Below, piece after piece: positions 48,623 through 58,102 of a stretch of DNA of 64,000 bases. Within the stretch, counting starts at the first letter, position 1, and each line of letters starts with the position of its first letter. The stretch lies in the NCBI GenBank assembly GCA_963676395.1, contig OY781066.1, forward strand, positions 96,001 to 160,000, in the 5' to 3' direction. The DNA comes from a bacterium. GTDB lineage: Bacteria > Fidelibacterota > Fidelibacteria > Fidelibacterales > Fidelibacteraceae. Position numbers and translations under genes: made by a program. The notes beneath the pieces are model-generated. The model saw nothing but the letters and a program-made list of their open reading frames with translations. It was not told the DNA's origin and made no database searches.

Positions 48623-50005
48623 ATGGCAGAAAAACAAGATATTACTCGAATTCCCCCGCAATCAATCGACTCAGAAAAAGCTGTACTCGGTTCGATGATG
48701 CAAGAAGAAATGGCAGCTTCCCGCGCTATGGAGATCTTGCCTGAAGAGGCTTTTTATATGGATGCGCATCGATATATTTTTCGCGCAATGAAAGATTTGA
48801 ATTCAGAGCATAAGCCAATTGATCAATTAACGGTTGTTGAACAGTTACGACAAATGAAACTTATAGATGATATTGGTGGACCTGCTGTAATTGCCGATTT
48901 AATTAACCGCGTACCGACTGCTGCCAATATTGAATACTATGCCAAGATCGTAAGGGATAAATATACTTTACGAACTATCATTAAAACATCAAATACCATG
49001 ATCGACTCCGCATTTTCCGAAGATGAAAATACGGAAATGATATTGGATAGTGCTCAACAAAAAATCTTTCAATTACGTGAAAGTGCAAGCTCACAAGATT
49101 TTGTTAAAGTCAATACCATCACTCATCCTACCATTGAGCATGTTGAAAAAATGTATGCACATAAAGGTGATATGGTTGGTATCCCAAGTGGATTTAAACT
49201 TTTTGATAATATGACTACCGGTTTTCAGAAATCGGATTTAATAATTATAGCCGCTCGCCCTTCTATGGGAAAAACAGCTTTGGCACTTTCCATGATGCGC
49301 AACATGGCCATAGACCATGGCATTAGTGTCGGTTTTTTCTCTCTTGAAATGTCCCAAGAAGGTATTGCCATGCGACTTTTAAGTATGCAGAGCGGTATCG
49401 ACCACCAAAAATTACGTGCAGGCAAACTACAAAAAAACCAATGGGAATTCTTAACTCAGGCAGCATCTGAGATCAATGATGCCGATATTCACTTTGACTT
49501 TACGGCCAACTTGAATGTTATGGATATGAGATCCCGTGCACGTCGTTTAAAAAGCAAGATCGGAAAACTGGATATTATCTTTGTCGATTATCTTCAGATC
49601 GCCCGCGCAACGGTTCGTGCAAATGATTCGCGTGTTCAAGAGGTTGCTATGATCTCTCAGCAATTAAAAGCACTCGCTAAAGAATTAAAGATCCCCGTTG
49701 TGGCTCTTTCCCAGCTTTCCCGTGCTCCCGAACAACGCGGAAAGGGAGACAGTCGACCAAAGCTATCAGATCTTCGTGACTCCGGTGCTATTGAACAGGA
49801 TGCTGATCTTGTTATGTTTGTACATCGTCAATATTACTATTCCAAAGACCCTGCAGATGAAGGTAAGGCGGAAATGATCATTGCAAAACATCGTAATGGT
49901 CCCACAGGAACCGTTCCCATGACATTTAAAGATCATATTGTACGATTTATGGATGCACCTTTCGAAAACTATTCATCTGATATTGAAGAAGCAGCGGCAT
50001 TTTAA
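48623..50005 (+). CDS. dnaB: Replicative DNA helicase
   Basis: 'PPQS..SE.AVLG', 'AARPSMGKT', 'FSLEM', 'VDYLQ', 'LSQLSR', 'DLRDSGAIEQDAD'. Confidence 0.98.
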   Translation: MAEKQDITRIPPQSIDSEKAVLGSMMQEEMAASRAMEILPEEAFYMDAHRYIFRAMKDLNSEHKPIDQLTVVEQLRQMKLIDDIGGPAVIADLINRVPTAANIEYYAKIVRDKYTLRTIIKTSNTMIDSAFSEDENTEMILDSAQQKIFQLRESASSQDFVKVNTITHPTIEHVEKMYAHKGDMVGIPSGFKLFDNMTTGFQKSDLIIIAARPSMGKTALALSMMRNMAIDHGISVGFFSLEMSQEGIAMRLLSMQSGIDHQKLRAGKLQKNQWEFLTQAASEINDADIHFDFTANLNVMDMRSRARRLKSKIGKLDIIFVDYLQIARATVRANDSRVQEVAMISQQLKALAKELKIPVVALSQLSRAPEQRGKGDSRPKLSDLRDSGAIEQDADLVMFVHRQYYYSKDPADEGKAEMIIAKHRNGPTGTVPMTFKDHIVRFMDAPFENYSSDIEEAAAF

Positions 50006-50010
50006 AACTT

Positions 50011-52158
50011 ATGACGAAAGATCTACCAAAAAAATTTCCTGAAGATTTTCAAATTCTTCTTGATACGGTTAAAAGCTACAACTCTAATGTTGAAGCCGAT
50101 ACCGCACTTCTTTGGAAAGCATATAATTTTTCTAAAGATGCTCATAAAACTCAATTTAGAAAATCGGGCGAACCGTATTTTGTTCACTTATATAATACGG
50201 CTCTTATTCTGGCGGAATTAAACATGGATACCCCGACTATCTGTGCGGGTTTTCTTCATGATGTATTGGAAGACACCAATATTTCAGAAGAGATCATGAC
50301 CAATGAATTTACGCCACAGATCGTTCAATTTGTAAAAGGTGTCACAAAGATCGGTGGCATTAAGTTTCAAAGTGAGCAACAACAGCAAGCGCAAAACTTC
50401 CGCAAAATGTTGCTTAGCGTAGCCGATGATATTCGTGTGATTATTATTAAATTTGCCGATCGGCTCCACAATATGCGGACTTTGGATTATTTACCGGCAA
50501 AAAAACAGCGTCGAATAGCCTTGGAAACTCGTGATGTCTATGCCCCTCTCGCCCATCGTCTCGGTATGTATCGTATCAAAATGGAAATGGAGGATCTTTC
50601 ACTTAAATACTTAGATCCCGAAGTTTACAAAGAATTAAACGAACGTATTACCGCACAGAAAAAACGATCTCAAAAAGATATTGAAGACTTTATTGAAATG
50701 ATCAATGGTTATCTTGCGGAAGAAAAGATTAAAGCCCGTGTTTTTGGTCGAATTAAAAATTTTAATTCTATTTACAATAAAATGGTCCGCCAAAACCGGC
50801 CACTTGAAGAGATCTTTGATATTTTGGCCATACGCGTTGTTGTTGATTCTATCACCCACTGTTATTCGGTTTTGGGTATTGTTCATCAGAATTTTACACC
50901 TATCACAGAACGTTTCAGAGATTTTCTTGCCACGCCGAAGTCTAATGGCTATCAATCCGTACATACTACGGTTATAGGCCCAAAAGGCATTCCTATTGAA
51001 ATTCAGATCAGAACGGAAGAAATGGATAAAACTGCCGAAGTTGGAATTGCCGCACACTGGAAATACAAAGAATCCGGTGAAAGTGATGAACTCGATCGTC
51101 ATATAAAATGGCTACGTGATCTGGTAGAAATGCTCAAAAACGATACTAAAGACGATGAAGAGTTCCTGGAAACCTTAAAGATCGATTTATTTAACGATGA
51201 GATCTTTGTTTTTACACCAAAAGGTGATTTGATTAAATTGCCGCTTAATTCAACTGCATTAGATTTTGCTTTTGCGGTACATACCGAAGTGGGTTTCCGC
51301 TGTATTGGTGCTAAAGTCAACGGTAAGATCGTTTCACTGAATACCAGACTATCAAGTGGTGACCGCATCGAAGTGATCACAGCGAACAATCATAATGTAA
51401 GTTATAACTGGTTACGTTTTGTTACAACTAACAGGGCAAAACATCGTATTCGTAAATGGTTACAACGTCATGAATTCGAACAATCAGTTCGCTTAGGTGA
51501 AGAAATTCTTGAGAAAGGCCTAAGAAAAGCGAAACTGGCATCCAAGATCAAAGATGCCAAAACACGCTTTTCCGATATGGGCTTTGATACCGAACAATTA
51601 TTTTATCAGGCTATTGGTAAGGGTGAATTGACGATAAAACACATCATCAAAGAACTCTACACCGAAGATGAAGAGAAGAAAAAGAAAAACCTGCTGCCCG
51701 AATTAAAACAATTCCGCTCCACTAATGGGATTTCGGTCAGCGGTTATGAAAATATGCTTGTTCAATTGGCTAAATGCTGTAACCCCATTCCCGGTGACGA
51801 GATCATTGGTTTTATTACCCGTGGTCGCGGCATTACCGTGCATCGTCATGATTGCCGTAACATTCCAAATCTTGAAGAAGAAAAAGATCGTTTTATCGAT
51901 GTAAAATGGCATGTTAAAGCGGGTAGAACATTTGTTACGCGCATTAATGTCATTGGTGAAGACAGGCCTAACCTTATCTTTGATGTTTCGCAGATCATTC
52001 ATGATCTTCATACAAACATGTTAAGTATTAATTTTTCAGTCGAAGGTAAGCTGGCCCGCGGACAAGTAGCCGTCATGGTTGAAAGTCTAAAACATGCCGA
52101 ACGTATTATACAAAAATTAAAAAACATCCCCGGAGTATTAACGATTGACAGAACTTAG
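50011..52158 (+). CDS. rel: Bifunctional (p)ppGpp synthetase/hydrolase (long RSH)
   Basis: Intact HD ('LHDVLED'), 'KFADRLHNMRTL', 'NGYQSVHT', 'EIQIRT', TGS, 'AKCCNPIPGD', ACT. Confidence 0.97.
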   Translation: MTKDLPKKFPEDFQILLDTVKSYNSNVEADTALLWKAYNFSKDAHKTQFRKSGEPYFVHLYNTALILAELNMDTPTICAGFLHDVLEDTNISEEIMTNEFTPQIVQFVKGVTKIGGIKFQSEQQQQAQNFRKMLLSVADDIRVIIIKFADRLHNMRTLDYLPAKKQRRIALETRDVYAPLAHRLGMYRIKMEMEDLSLKYLDPEVYKELNERITAQKKRSQKDIEDFIEMINGYLAEEKIKARVFGRIKNFNSIYNKMVRQNRPLEEIFDILAIRVVVDSITHCYSVLGIVHQNFTPITERFRDFLATPKSNGYQSVHTTVIGPKGIPIEIQIRTEEMDKTAEVGIAAHWKYKESGESDELDRHIKWLRDLVEMLKNDTKDDEEFLETLKIDLFNDEIFVFTPKGDLIKLPLNSTALDFAFAVHTEVGFRCIGAKVNGKIVSLNTRLSSGDRIEVITANNHNVSYNWLRFVTTNRAKHRIRKWLQRHEFEQSVRLGEEILEKGLRKAKLASKIKDAKTRFSDMGFDTEQLFYQAIGKGELTIKHIIKELYTEDEEKKKKNLLPELKQFRSTNGISVSGYENMLVQLAKCCNPIPGDEIIGFITRGRGITVHRHDCRNIPNLEEEKDRFIDVKWHVKAGRTFVTRINVIGEDRPNLIFDVSQIIHDLHTNMLSINFSVEGKLARGQVAVMVESLKHAERIIQKLKNIPGVLTIDRT

Positions 52159-52171
52159 TCAGGAGGCCAAT

Positions 52172-52507
52172 ATGGATAAAAAGACATTCACAAAAAAAGA
52201 TATCGCAAAACACATTCGCATGAGAACTAAAGGCGGATGCAAAATGCGTATTTATGAATGTGAAAAGTACATGGATGAAATATTTTCAGCGATATTGGAC
52301 TTATTAATGGATGAGGAAGCTGAAAAAGTACGTATAGAAATAAGAAATTTCGGCGTTTTTGAAGTAAAGAATTCTAAAGCAAAACCTCAAGCAAGAAATC
52401 CGAAAACGAACGAGATCATCTACGTGCCGGCACGTAAAAAAGTCCATTTCAAGGCCGGAAAAAAACTCAAAGAATTCCTTTCGAAACCTCGCGAAATAGA
52501 GGAATAA
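52172..52507 (+). CDS. HU/IHF-family DNA-binding protein (IHF-beta-like)
   Basis: 'RIEIRNFGVFEV......ARNPKT....VPAR....FKAGK.LK'; ATG 52172 after AGGAGG. Confidence 0.9.
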   Translation: MDKKTFTKKDIAKHIRMRTKGGCKMRIYECEKYMDEIFSAILDLLMDEEAEKVRIEIRNFGVFEVKNSKAKPQARNPKTNEIIYVPARKKVHFKAGKKLKEFLSKPREIEE

Positions 52508-52508
52508 C

Positions 52509-52919
52509 ATGAAACGTATCCTTGCAATCGATTTCGGTCTACGCCGAATCGGGCTGGCACTTTCCGATCCGCTTAAGATCATTGCCACCCCTTTGGATAC
52601 AATTAAGATCAATAATTATAAGGAAGGAGTAACAAAACTTTTGGATCTCTTTAAAGAATATGATCTGGAAAAAATCATCATGGGATATCCTATCGGAACA
52701 TCCGGAAATAAAACAGAGCAAACACTCATCGTTGATAAACTTATGGATGATCTTAGAAAAGAAGTTAATACCAACATCATTCCTTGGGACGAACGCTATA
52801 CCTCAGTGCATGCTAAAGCTTTAATGCAGGAACAAGGTATAAAAACCAAAGACAATAAAGAAATGGTCGATCAGCTTTCTGCACGCATTATGCTGCAAGA
52901 ATATTTGGATAGCTATTAA
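52509..52919 (+). CDS. ruvX: YqgF/RuvX family nuclease
   Basis: 'LAIDFGLRRIGLALSD', 'GYP', 'WDERYTS', 'VDQLSA..MLQ.YLD'. Confidence 0.95.
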   Translation: MKRILAIDFGLRRIGLALSDPLKIIATPLDTIKINNYKEGVTKLLDLFKEYDLEKIIMGYPIGTSGNKTEQTLIVDKLMDDLRKEVNTNIIPWDERYTSVHAKALMQEQGIKTKDNKEMVDQLSARIMLQEYLDSY

Positions 52920-52920
52920 C

Positions 52921-54429
52921 ATGAAATTATCACTCAAACATATACTGCTACTTCTACTCTCCGCTTTGTTAATGGAATTATCATTTGCGCCCTTTAATCA
53001 ATGTTATTTTGCTTTTTTTGCACTAATCCCCTTTTTCTATGTACTTCAAAATACTAATAAAGCATTCCTAGCCGGATTAATTTGGGGTTTTATTTATAGT
53101 GTATTTTCTATTAATTGGTTGGCATTAAATACAGGGACTTATTGGTGGTTAGCAACTTTTTCAATGTTACTAGCCTCTTTATTTCTTGCTTTAAATTATG
53201 CTTTCATTGCATGGTTGTTCAGGATCATTCAAAACAAAAATGAAACCTTGGCATTCTTCAGTCTGCCATTCTTGTGGGTCGCGATTGAATTTCTACGTTC
53301 CTTTGGTACGTTCGGATTCCCATGGTTGGCTCTTGGCCATTCACAGGCTCATAATACGGCTTATATCCAACTTGCTGACATTGGAGGCGTTTATACTGTC
53401 TCCTTATTTCTTGTACTGACAAATTTATTTTTATTTTTCTTGTTAAAGAATTATTCAAAAAAACGTTTTTTTGCACTCATTCTTGTCATTATCATTCCAT
53501 TTATTTACGGCGCATTTATGCTAAATGCGAATATTGCCGGTAGCGAAGAACTAAACTTTCGTATTGTTCAGCCCAATATTCCCGCAAAAGAAAAATGGTT
53601 ACCGCAAAACCGGCTGCCCATTATTTATAAGTTAGATTCACTTTCACACAGCGAACATGAACTTAAACCGGATGTCATCGTCTGGCCCGAAACAGCCGTT
53701 CCCTACTATCTTCGCTCATCTGTCCATTACAAACACTTATTACAAGAATGTTCCGACTCAATGAATGCTACACTTATCACAGGCGCTCTGGACTATTATT
53801 ATCCCGAAGACAATTGCTATGCGTCAACAAATACCATGATGGTATTTGAGCCCGGACAAAAATCCATGAGACCCAAATTTTACGATAAGATCCACCTTGT
53901 ACCTTTTGGTGAATTTACCCCGGGCGGTGATTTTTTTGACTGGATGAACAATATGGAATATGGTCAGAGTGATTTTGTGCATCGTAATTACAGAGAAAAT
54001 CTACATATGACCAAAGCGAATATTCCTTTTTCACCCATGATCTGTTACGATTCGGTATTTCCCCACACTCTACGGTCTTTTTCTGCCAAAGGAAGTCAGT
54101 ATAATATTTTAATTACCAACGATGTCTGGTTTGGTCGCTCAATGGGACCACATCAGCATGCTGCTTTAGCCATAGTACGCTCTGTAGAAACAAGAAAATC
54201 CATGGTACGTTCTGCCAATGCGGGCATATCCATGTTCATAGATGAAAAAGGAAGAGTATTAGACACCCTTCCCCTATACACCACCGGAACTTTAGATGCG
54301 AAGCTATATGCCTCTGACTATGTTTCGACTTATGTAAAAACAGGTAATTTATTTGGATGGCTGATGTGTATTATCTCAGCTATCTCACTGGTTTATTCAT
54401 TATGGCTAAAAAGAAAATCTTCTTTATAA
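52921..54429 (+). CDS. lnt: Apolipoprotein N-acyltransferase
   Basis: 'GFPW', 'VQPNI', 'WPETA', 'YDK.HLVPFGE', 'ICYDSVF', 'TND.WFG'. Confidence 0.95.
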   Translation: MKLSLKHILLLLLSALLMELSFAPFNQCYFAFFALIPFFYVLQNTNKAFLAGLIWGFIYSVFSINWLALNTGTYWWLATFSMLLASLFLALNYAFIAWLFRIIQNKNETLAFFSLPFLWVAIEFLRSFGTFGFPWLALGHSQAHNTAYIQLADIGGVYTVSLFLVLTNLFLFFLLKNYSKKRFFALILVIIIPFIYGAFMLNANIAGSEELNFRIVQPNIPAKEKWLPQNRLPIIYKLDSLSHSEHELKPDVIVWPETAVPYYLRSSVHYKHLLQECSDSMNATLITGALDYYYPEDNCYASTNTMMVFEPGQKSMRPKFYDKIHLVPFGEFTPGGDFFDWMNNMEYGQSDFVHRNYRENLHMTKANIPFSPMICYDSVFPHTLRSFSAKGSQYNILITNDVWFGRSMGPHQHAALAIVRSVETRKSMVRSANAGISMFIDEKGRVLDTLPLYTTGTLDAKLYASDYVSTYVKTGNLFGWLMCIISAISLVYSLWLKRKSSL

Positions 54430-54794
54430 TATTATGTCTCATCATTGCATTGTTAGTTTTTGCCGAGACAGAAGCAGGCTCTGTATGGATAGCTCCGGAT
54501 ACTCCCTACTTGCTAAAAATTGAAAAGATTCTCGAAAAACACGATTACCTGCTACAAAGTGATTCGCTAAAAGCGGAATATCAAGGTAATCTGATGTTTT
54601 ATGCAGCAGATAATGACTCTATTCGTTGCGAATTGGAGTTAAGTAAAGGAGATGCTCCATCTTTTGTACTAGATTCATTTAATATGGAACCTGAATCAGG
54701 TAATAACGTAAGAAACAGCGTATTAAAATTTTCTATTTGGATGTTGATTTTAAATGCTGTAACGGCGATATTATTTTTCACCAGATCCACATAA
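54402..54794 (+). CDS. Hypothetical protein with signal peptide and C-terminal TM anchor
   Basis: ATG 54402 'MAKKKIFFIILCLIIALLVFA'; C-terminal 'IWMLILNAVTAILFFTRS'. Confidence 0.65.
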   Translation: MAKKKIFFIILCLIIALLVFAETEAGSVWIAPDTPYLLKIEKILEKHDYLLQSDSLKAEYQGNLMFYAADNDSIRCELELSKGDAPSFVLDSFNMEPESGNNVRNSVLKFSIWMLILNAVTAILFFTRST

Positions 54795-54807
54795 ATAAAG
54801 GAATATT

Positions 54808-55404
54808 ATGAAACGAATATTACACATTATACTGATACTAGCACTGGCAATGAGCCTTAGCGCCCAGGAAAGAAAGGATCTATCCACTCTAAAAAGTATT
54901 GTTCTGCCCGGATGGGGCGAACTTAGCCAAAATTCCAATTCCGGTTATATCTTTTTGGCAGCCGAAGCTGCGCTTTGGCTTGGTTTTGGTGGATTACGAT
55001 ATTCTTATGGCGTACAAGGGGAAGATCTCGTTTCATATACGCGCTTACATGCAGCTTTGAATGATCACCCGGGAGATCTCCAGTTTTGGGCAGACATGGG
55101 AAACCACATCTCTTACGAAGATCATAAGGAAAGCATGCTTGACGGCAGAACTCCCGACAAAATCTGGGATATCAAGTATAATTGGGAATGGGATTCACAG
55201 GCAAGCTTACTTGAATACGACGCTCTTAACAGAAGAAAAGAGCTTACATATATGACATCAAATTTCATGATCACAGGTATGATCGTCAATAGAATCGCCT
55301 CAGTCGTGAACGTCAGATATCTTAAATCGAAAGATATGAAATTATCTGCAGTTTCATATCCTGTTAACAGAGGTGCCAACTTACAGGTATTTCTTGATTT
55401 TTAG
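54808..55404 (+). CDS. Secreted/envelope hypothetical protein (DUF5683-like start)
   Basis: Signal peptide; 'KSIVLPGWGE......G..FL..E...W'; C-terminal Phe; RBS AAGGA. Confidence 0.7.
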   Translation: MKRILHIILILALAMSLSAQERKDLSTLKSIVLPGWGELSQNSNSGYIFLAAEAALWLGFGGLRYSYGVQGEDLVSYTRLHAALNDHPGDLQFWADMGNHISYEDHKESMLDGRTPDKIWDIKYNWEWDSQASLLEYDALNRRKELTYMTSNFMITGMIVNRIASVVNVRYLKSKDMKLSAVSYPVNRGANLQVFLDF

Positions 55405-56019
55405 ATGAAACGTTTTATCAACATCATGCAGATAATATTAAGTCTGCTTGCATTTATTTTTGTTTTCATATTCGATCTATTATGGATGCAAATTTCCGTG
55501 TTTGGTATTTTTTTGTTTTTAGCACTCATGTCCTCACAACGAAAAGATATTTTAAAAATGTTCATACATTTTTCCATTCTCCTTGTATTTACCTTAGTGG
55601 TTCACCTCTTTTTCAGATTTGGAGACCTAAATTACTGGCAGGGATTTTTTTCCGTAGAAGTTTGGAGTAAAACCCTATACTACACATTCAGGAATGCTAA
55701 TATTTTACTTATCATGAGCTATATCATAAAAAGCAGAGATAACCTAAATATGGAAACTGTCACAGCTTTTTTAGAAAACAGGAAACCGTCGAAGTTTTTC
55801 CAGCCACTCAGTCTCGCTTCACGCTATACGGGTTTGATCGCTGAAGAATTTAAATCAATTCAGCAAGTTCACCGCATTCTTGGAATACAAAAACCAAAAC
55901 ATGTGATCGCTCAGGTAAAGTATTACACATCCCTGATTTTGCCAACCATCATTTCCTCTATAGAAAGGGCCGAGCATCTATCCATAGCTATGACCTCCAG
56001 AGGATATAATAAAGTATGA
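55405..56019 (+). CDS. ecfT: Energy-coupling factor transporter transmembrane subunit T (CbiQ/EcfT family)
   Basis: N-terminal TMs; 'LASRY...IAEEF..I', 'LILP.I.SSIERAEHLSIAMTSRGY'. Confidence 0.8.
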   Translation: MKRFINIMQIILSLLAFIFVFIFDLLWMQISVFGIFLFLALMSSQRKDILKMFIHFSILLVFTLVVHLFFRFGDLNYWQGFFSVEVWSKTLYYTFRNANILLIMSYIIKSRDNLNMETVTAFLENRKPSKFFQPLSLASRYTGLIAEEFKSIQQVHRILGIQKPKHVIAQVKYYTSLILPTIISSIERAEHLSIAMTSRGYNKV

Positions 56020-56768
56020 AACGAGCAATCTTACAGGTAGAATATGACGGTACCGCATACTGCGGATATCAATTGCAGCCTGATCAACCAAGTATTCAAG
56101 CATGTTTAGAAGTGGCACTTTCAAAGCTTTATAAACAAAACATTCGCGTCCATGCCAGCGGTAGGACCGATGCCGGTGTACATGCACGCTTTCAAATCGT
56201 TCATTTTGATCCACCCAAAGAGCTTAAAAAGCTTAATCTTAAAGCGGCTCTTAATTCACTTTTACCTAAAGATATTAGAGTGATAAATTATGCATACAAT
56301 GTAGACAATTTACATGCGCGATTTGATGCCATTGAACGCCGCTACGAGTACAGTATTTTACAGGGAACAACCGCTTTGGATCGTGATCGCGTTTGGCAAA
56401 ACTATCAAAAACTTGATGTTCAAGAAATGCAAAAAAGCGCAGAACTATTTATCGGTGAACATGATTTTACCGCTTTTTGCTCGGCTCAAGCCGAAGTGGA
56501 TCATAAGCGTTGTATTATCTATAGATCAGAATGGAAAATTAATGATAACAAGCTAATTTACCATATAAGCGGCAACCGTTTCTTACATTCAATGGTTCGA
56601 TCCTTAGTTGGCACCATGGTTGAAGCCGGCAAAGGTCGTATAACAAGTGAAGATATCAAAAACATTCTTGAGAACCGCCTAAGAAACGGTGAGGCTGTCA
56701 CAGCCCCCTCACAGGGACTAGTTTTAGCTGAGGTATTATATAATAAAAATATTGAGTGGGAAGTATAA
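56016..56768 (+). CDS. truA: tRNA pseudouridine(38-40) synthase
   Basis: 'YDGT.Y.GYQ.Q', 'SGRTDAGVHA', 'HARFDA..R.Y.Y', 'FLHSMVR', 'TAP..GL.L'. Confidence 0.97.
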   Translation: MKRAILQVEYDGTAYCGYQLQPDQPSIQACLEVALSKLYKQNIRVHASGRTDAGVHARFQIVHFDPPKELKKLNLKAALNSLLPKDIRVINYAYNVDNLHARFDAIERRYEYSILQGTTALDRDRVWQNYQKLDVQEMQKSAELFIGEHDFTAFCSAQAEVDHKRCIIYRSEWKINDNKLIYHISGNRFLHSMVRSLVGTMVEAGKGRITSEDIKNILENRLRNGEAVTAPSQGLVLAEVLYNKNIEWEV

Positions 56769-57982
56769 TGAGAAAAGGGATCATGAGTATCGTAGCATTA
56801 ATTATTTGTACACTAATGCTAATTTTATCTTTACAATTTTATTTAGATACGCGAAGACATCTACTCTTTGAACAAATTGAACAAAGAAATTCAGATACAC
56901 TAAGAATACAAGATCAGGATCCAGAAACCAGGCTTTCATTAAATAAAACTCTGGAAGACCAAAGAAATACTGCTATAACCAGGGCAATAGAACAAACCTC
57001 AAATGCCATTACGGGTATTCATGTTACTCGAATTAAAAAGGTTTCAAATAATCCCTTTTTCACTGACCCGTTTTTCTCTCGATTTTTCCCAAACAATATT
57101 CAAAAGAAAAAGATTCAGAGTTTAGGGTCAGGTGTACTTATTTCTGAAGATGGCTATATTGTTACCAATGCGCATGTGCTGGGAGAAAATGCAGTAGAAG
57201 TATACGTTACCATGAGTGGAGGAAAACGTTATTTAGCTGAAGTAATCGGTACAGATGCCCTAACTGATATTGCGCTTATAAAAATAGAATCCGAAATACC
57301 TTTACCATATGTAAAATTGGGAAATAGTGATGAAATTATCATTGGTGAATGGGTCATCGCCTTGGGAAATCCGTTTGGACTCTTTGATGTCAGCAATAAA
57401 CCGATCGCAACATCGGGGATCATTTCATCCTTAAATATGAATTTCGGTGAAACCGAAAGCGGCCATGTTTATCAGAATATGATCCAAACAGATGCCAGTA
57501 TTAACAGTGGAAACAGCGGTGGTGCTTTGATAAATATGGTCGGAGAACTTATCGGTATTAATACTTTTATCTTTAATGGTGGCAGTACCAATGGGAATGG
57601 AGGTTCTATAGGAATTGGTTTTGCAATTCCTATAAATCGTGTAAAAGAAATTGTTGAGCATTTAAAAACCCATGGTGAAATTGCAAGAAATTGGGATTTT
57701 GGTATTTCAGGACAACCTTTAACTCAATCAATTATCGACTACTATAACCTTGATACCGATCATGGTATTATCATCATTGATATCCAAGAGGGGAAAGCCG
57801 GTGCAAAAGCCGGATTACAGGTCGGTGACATTATCCTTTCAATTAATAATCAAATAGTTACACATAATCAGGATGTTGTCAATATTATCAATAATTCTTA
57901 TTTAAAGATCGGTGACAGTATTTCTGCCCTTATAAATCGTGATGGAGCCGAGCTATCTGTCCAGATTGACCTAATACAGTGA
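56768..57982 (+). CDS. HtrA/DegP-family serine protease with a single PDZ domain
   Basis: N-terminal TM; 'GSGV', 'TNAHV', 'DIAL', 'QTDASINSGNSGGAL'; PDZ 'AGLQVGDII'. Confidence 0.93.
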   Translation: MRKGIMSIVALIICTLMLILSLQFYLDTRRHLLFEQIEQRNSDTLRIQDQDPETRLSLNKTLEDQRNTAITRAIEQTSNAITGIHVTRIKKVSNNPFFTDPFFSRFFPNNIQKKKIQSLGSGVLISEDGYIVTNAHVLGENAVEVYVTMSGGKRYLAEVIGTDALTDIALIKIESEIPLPYVKLGNSDEIIIGEWVIALGNPFGLFDVSNKPIATSGIISSLNMNFGETESGHVYQNMIQTDASINSGNSGGALINMVGELIGINTFIFNGGSTNGNGGSIGIGFAIPINRVKEIVEHLKTHGEIARNWDFGISGQPLTQSIIDYYNLDTDHGIIIIDIQEGKAGAKAGLQVGDIILSINNQIVTHNQDVVNIINNSYLKIGDSISALINRDGAELSVQIDLIQ

Positions 57983-58042
57983 ATACTTGTGATAAGTAAC
58001 CTGTAATTATTGATCATATGCGAGAGAATGTTATAAATAAAA

Positions 58043-58069
58043 AATAGACGGAGCCATGTTCCGTCTATT
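58043..58069. terminator. Bidirectional terminator / REP-like hairpin
   Basis: AATAGACGGAGC-CAT-GTTCCGTCTATT between convergent genes. Confidence 0.75.
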
Positions 58070-58102
58070 AATTTTTCTATACTATAAATTTCTATGAATA
58101 TA

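Noticed and set aside
34959..50005. Inteins in recA or dnaB
   Set aside because: Both proteins are normal length with contiguous motifs
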